Assembly: GCA_039794845.1 (NCBI GenBank)
Contig: JAUQVK010000086.1
Span: 12,589-76,588 of the forward strand
Direction of reading: 5' to 3'
Origin: Thermostichus sp. DRC_bins_24
GTDB lineage: Bacteria; Cyanobacteriota; Cyanobacteriia; Thermostichales; Thermostichaceae
DNA length: 64,000 bases
How positions within the stretch are numbered: the first letter of the stretch is position 1; every line of letters starts with the position of its first letter. The notes under the pieces were generated by a model. It saw only the letters and a program-made list of their open reading frames with translations, was not told the DNA's origin and did not search any database. Shown here one piece after another: positions 60,132 to 64,000 of the stretch. The position numbers and the translations under genes were made by a program.

Positions 60132-60728
60132 TCAAGCTTTGGGCCTGATCTGTTCTCGAAAAGCCATGACAGATTCATACTGTTCGGCAGGGTTGACATA
60201 CTGAGCCAGCACCTTGAGATCCAAATTGGGCAGCAGTTCACTCTCACTCATCACCAGATAACCACTGGAACGCAAACCATAGATCGAGAACTCCCCAGCT
60301 TGCCACTGCCACACTTCGGGTATGCCCAACCCAGCATAAATATCCAACTTGTCGATGAGGCCGCCGCTTAAGACAACCTCCAGAGCCAGGTCAGGAAATT
60401 CCTTTTTCGAGCCAATGCAATAGCACTCATCCGGCTCCAATCCCCGTTGCTTTAAGGCTTTCCGAAAGGTGGCGGATCCCATGGCATGAAAGCGGATGCG
60501 AGCCTCTTGAAAATAAGCCTCCAAAAGCATGCCGATCATTTTCTTCAGTTCTTCATGCTCTGGAGAGGTTGACATGATTTCTAGGGATCCCTCTCGATAA
60601 CTCAGGCGAAGGTTGGGAAAATCATCCCCCAAAGTGGCCAGCAGAGTTTCATACCGTTGCCAACTCACCCCTTCTAGCAACAAGCGCTGCTCTAGAGGAG
60701 GGGCCGGAGCCAAAGATTGGATATTCAT
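60132..60728 (-). CDS. Uma2 (DUF820) family PD-(D/E)xK protein
   Basis: PEHE, GLEPDECY, PDLALEVV, KLDIYAGLGIPEVW. Confidence 0.9.
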   Translation of the reverse strand: MNIQSLAPAPPLEQRLLLEGVSWQRYETLLATLGDDFPNLRLSYREGSLEIMSTSPEHEELKKMIGMLLEAYFQEARIRFHAMGSATFRKALKQRGLEPDECYCIGSKKEFPDLALEVVLSGGLIDKLDIYAGLGIPEVWQWQAGEFSIYGLRSSGYLVMSESELLPNLDLKVLAQYVNPAEQYESVMAFREQIRPKA

Positions 60729-60757
60729 CGACCCATTTCTCCGCTTCCGTCAATTCT

Positions 60758-62236
60758 TTACTTGCCACCAAAGCCTCGGTTGCCGCCGCCCTTTTTGCCG
60801 CCGCCCTTGCCCGGTTTACGGCTGGGCTGCTGCCGAGGAGGGGCTGCCGAACGTCCCCGCCAATTGGGGCCACCACTGGGGAGAGGGCCACGTCCACCGC
60901 CACCTCCCATTCCTGGAAATCCACCCATGCCGGGAAAACCGCCCCCCATGCCCATGTTGCGCATCATGTCACGCATGCGTTGAAAGTCGCTGACCAAGCG
61001 GCTGACATCTTCCAACTTATGGCCGGATCCGTTGGCAACTCGCCGTTTGCGGCTGACACTGCGGGCCAAGAGGTCGGGGTTTTTGCGCTCTTGCGGGGTC
61101 ATGGAGTTGATCATCGCTTCGGCCCGGGCCAGTTGGTCTTGGCCTTTTTGCAGCTGCTCATCGCTGATTTTGCCCATTCCCGGCATCAGTTTCAGCAGCC
61201 CCCCCAGGGATCCCATGCGTTTGATCATGCGCATTTGTTTGAGGAAGTCGGTGAAATCAAACTGGGCGGTCATCATTTTTTCCGCCATGCTGGCGGCATC
61301 CCCGAGGTCGATCTCCTCTTGGGCTTTTTCCACCAGGCTGAGGATATCCCCCATGCCCAAGATGCGGGAGGCCATGCGATCCGGGTAGAAGGGATCCAGA
61401 GCCTCCACTTTTTCCCCCACCCCGATGAACTTGATCGGTTGGCCGGAAACTTGGCGAATGGACAGGGCCGCCCCACCGCGGGTATCCCCATCCAGCTTGG
61501 TCAAGATGGCTCCGGTAATGCCCAGCCGCTCGTGAAAGGCTTGGGTGAGGTTGGCGGCTTCTTGCCCGATCATGGCGTCCACCACCAGCAATATTTCGTG
61601 GGGTTGCACGGTGGCTTTCACCCGCTCCAGCTCCGCCATCATCTCCAGGTCAATTTGCAGGCGTCCGGCGGTGTCCAGAATCACATAGTCACACCCCTGC
61701 TGCCGAGCCGCTTCCACCCCTTGGCGGGCGATCTCGACCGGATCGGTTCGGCCCAGTTCAAAGACCGGGATCTGAATCTGCTGACCGAGGGTTTTCAGCT
61801 GGTCAATCGCCGCCGGACGGTAGATATCCCCGGCCACCATCAGGGTTTTTTTGCCTTGTTTGCGCAGATAAAGAGCCAGCTTGGCACAGGTGGTGGTTTT
61901 ACCGGATCCCTGTAAACCCGCCATCAGAACAATCGTGGGGGGCTGCTCCGCCTGGGCGATGGGCACGTTGGCCTCTCCCATCACCTTGACCAATTCGTCG
62001 TGGACAATCTTGATGAACTGCTGATCGGGGTTCACCCCCATGATCACTTCCGCTCCCAGGGCTGCCTCCCGGACTTCATCGATAAACCGTTTCACCACCT
62101 GCAGGTTGACATCCGCATCCAGCAGGGCCCGGCGCACTTCCCGCAGAGCTTCTTGGATATTGGTTTCGCTGATTTTGTCCTGGCCGCGCAGCTTTCTCCA
62201 GGCCAATTCCAATTTCTCGGAGAGGGCATCAAACAT
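60758..62236 (-). CDS. ffh: Signal recognition particle protein
   Basis: GLQGSGKTTT, DTAGR, TKLDGDTRGGAALS, M domain. Confidence 0.97.
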   Translation of the reverse strand: MFDALSEKLELAWRKLRGQDKISETNIQEALREVRRALLDADVNLQVVKRFIDEVREAALGAEVIMGVNPDQQFIKIVHDELVKVMGEANVPIAQAEQPPTIVLMAGLQGSGKTTTCAKLALYLRKQGKKTLMVAGDIYRPAAIDQLKTLGQQIQIPVFELGRTDPVEIARQGVEAARQQGCDYVILDTAGRLQIDLEMMAELERVKATVQPHEILLVVDAMIGQEAANLTQAFHERLGITGAILTKLDGDTRGGAALSIRQVSGQPIKFIGVGEKVEALDPFYPDRMASRILGMGDILSLVEKAQEEIDLGDAASMAEKMMTAQFDFTDFLKQMRMIKRMGSLGGLLKLMPGMGKISDEQLQKGQDQLARAEAMINSMTPQERKNPDLLARSVSRKRRVANGSGHKLEDVSRLVSDFQRMRDMMRNMGMGGGFPGMGGFPGMGGGGGRGPLPSGGPNWRGRSAAPPRQQPSRKPGKGGGKKGGGNRGFGGK

Positions 62237-62409
62237 GGGTGCTGTTTATCCTGTCAAGGGATCCTGAGGGCATTTCCTACCATAGTCCAGCTGGGGTGGT
62301 GCAATCCCGTGGAGCCCTAGGGAAAAGGCTGATCCCACCCCGAGAAGCTGGCCACTTTACAAAACTTTAAGCGACAATGGGAGGCGTTGCTTGCCGTTGA
62401 GACATTCCC

Positions 62410-63852
62410 ATGGTCAGTGCCGCTACCCCCATCTATAGCACCACCGACTGGCAGTTGGGCTATCGCTCTCTACTCCAAGAGTATGACTACTGGATTTCGG
62501 AACTCGAGGGGCGGATCCCTGCCGGGTTGAGGGGTACCCTTTTTCGCAATGGGCCGGGCAAGTTGGAAGCAGGAACCCAGCGCTACGGCCACCCGTTTGA
62601 TGGAGACGGCATGATCTGCGCCATTACCTTTGTGGATGGGAAAGTCCATTTTCGCAACCGGTTTGTGCGCACCCGTGAGTTTGAGGCGGAGGAGAAAGCC
62701 GGACGGGTGCTTTATCGAGGGGTGTTTGGAACGCAGAAGCCAGGCGGCTGGTGGGCGAATTTTCTGGATCTAAAGTTCAAAAATCCGGCCAATACCAATG
62801 TGATCTACCAAGGGGAAAAACTCTTGGCCCTCTGGGAAGCTAGCGCCCCCTATCGCCTCAACCCAGAAACTTTAGCGACCGAAGGGATTGAAACTTTTGC
62901 CGGAGGCATTGCTGCTCATCAGCCCTTTACTGCCCACCCACGACGGGATCCGGCCACCGGGGATCTAATCGCCTTCGGGGTGCGCGCTGCCCTTAACTCA
63001 ACGCTGCTGTTTTATCGTCTGGATCCACAAGGACAATTGACCGAAAAGCGGGAATATCAGATCCCTGGCTTTGCTTTCTTGCACGACTTTGTGTGGACTC
63101 CCCATTACCGCATCTTTTTTCAAAATCCGGTGGCCTTTAACCCCCTGCCTTTTGTGCTGGGTTGGCAATCGGCAGGAACTTGTCTGACGCTGAAAGCAGG
63201 GGATCCCACTCGCATTTGGCTTTTTCCCCACAGCGGGGATCCCATCCAATTGGAAACAGAGCCGGGGTTTGTTTTTCACTTTGTCAATGGCTATGAAGCC
63301 GGGGAAAAGATTGTGGTGGATGCCATTCTCTACGAACAGTACCCCGCCCTAGAACCCAATGCCGATTACCTAAACATTGACTTCACCCAAGTTCCGGCGG
63401 GTAAGTTGTGGCGGTTTTGTTTGGATCCCAAAGCGGCCACCGTTACCCGAGAGCTGCTGTTGGATCGTTCCGTAGAATTTCCGGCCATTCACCCAAAGTG
63501 TATGGGTGGATCCCATCGCTACCTTTACGTCGGCGCAACCCACGCTCCCGGCCCCAATGCACCTTTGCAAGCCATCCTCAAGCTGGACACCCAAACGGGC
63601 CGTACCCAGCAGTACAGCTTTGCCCCGCGTGGCTTTGTGGGTGAGCCGGTGTTCATCCCGGATCCCGATAGGGATGAAGAAGAAGCCGGGTGGATTGTGA
63701 CGGTGATTTTCGATGCCGCCAGCCAATGCTCTCAGGTGGTGCTCCTCGAGGCGCAAGATTTAACGGCTGGGCCCGTGGCGCGGATCCCGTTGCGACATCA
63801 CATTCCCTATGGGTTGCACGGCTGTTTTACCCCGAAGGTGTGGGTGGAGTAA
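62410..63852 (+). CDS. Carotenoid / apocarotenoid cleavage oxygenase (RPE65 family)
   Basis: RNGPG, HPFDGDG, four His ligands (TAHP, LHDF, FHF, GLHG). Confidence 0.92.
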   Translation: MVSAATPIYSTTDWQLGYRSLLQEYDYWISELEGRIPAGLRGTLFRNGPGKLEAGTQRYGHPFDGDGMICAITFVDGKVHFRNRFVRTREFEAEEKAGRVLYRGVFGTQKPGGWWANFLDLKFKNPANTNVIYQGEKLLALWEASAPYRLNPETLATEGIETFAGGIAAHQPFTAHPRRDPATGDLIAFGVRAALNSTLLFYRLDPQGQLTEKREYQIPGFAFLHDFVWTPHYRIFFQNPVAFNPLPFVLGWQSAGTCLTLKAGDPTRIWLFPHSGDPIQLETEPGFVFHFVNGYEAGEKIVVDAILYEQYPALEPNADYLNIDFTQVPAGKLWRFCLDPKAATVTRELLLDRSVEFPAIHPKCMGGSHRYLYVGATHAPGPNAPLQAILKLDTQTGRTQQYSFAPRGFVGEPVFIPDPDRDEEEAGWIVTVIFDAASQCSQVVLLEAQDLTAGPVARIPLRHHIPYGLHGCFTPKVWVE

Positions 63853-64000
63853 CCCTTCCCATTCAGGGGTTGCCTATCGATAGGCCCTCCGGGATCCCTT
63901 CAAGGCCCCACCGATGCAACTGCTGATGCAGAGACAAACCGATGCCGAGCCAAACGGAGGCGTAGTTCCTGGCTATTGATGGGTTTGCTCAGGTAATCAT

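Larger units (their letters stand above)
1..64000. repeat. Highly iterated palindrome GGGATCCC (HIP1 variant) dispersed through the window
   Basis: Dozens of GGGATCCC/GGATCC sites in all reading frames, e.g. 1766, 1940, 2408. Confidence 0.9.

Noticed and set aside
60132..60728. Uma2 gene as a defence system
   Set aside because: A solitary member of a family that is highly expanded in cyanobacteria, with no methylase or other defence partner nearby.

Overview
A gene-dense chromosomal segment of a thermophilic unicellular cyanobacterium. The evidence is psaC, petH, prk, a CpcD-domain protein, cruP and a carotenoid oxygenase. The pervasive GGGATCCC palindrome, in place of canonical HIP1 GCGATCGC, points to the hot-spring Synechococcus/Thermostichus lineage (inference). 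Most genes are scrambled housekeeping genes: rpsU, trpG, pgeF, pyrF, pgl, prk, petH, ppx, thrS, psaC, rpmF, gloB, hisIE, pyrC, clpB, zam-like RNase, phoU, trmL, ffh. Non-coding and accessory features: (1) a fluoride riboswitch with an overlapping terminator, heading an antiporter-USP/crcB/DUF190/MFS operon; (2) a 5'-truncated IS200/IS605 tnpB that keeps its right end; (3) four co-oriented copies of a TA-flanked CAGCC...GGCTG MITE, one inserted in frame (+35 aa) in a gene; (4) other small inverted-repeat elements; (5) an internally deleted Acg-type nitroreductase. The best candidates for undescribed biology are a roadblock-like / tandem-V4R / small-protein operon (56.9-59.1 kb), a lipoprotein trypsin-like zymogen nested inside a split SdrD-B domain, and a stand-alone CpcD-fusion protein in a region whose FNR lacks the CpcD domain. 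No rRNA, tRNA or CRISPR array was seen. All family assignments come from motif recognition by eye, not from database searches.
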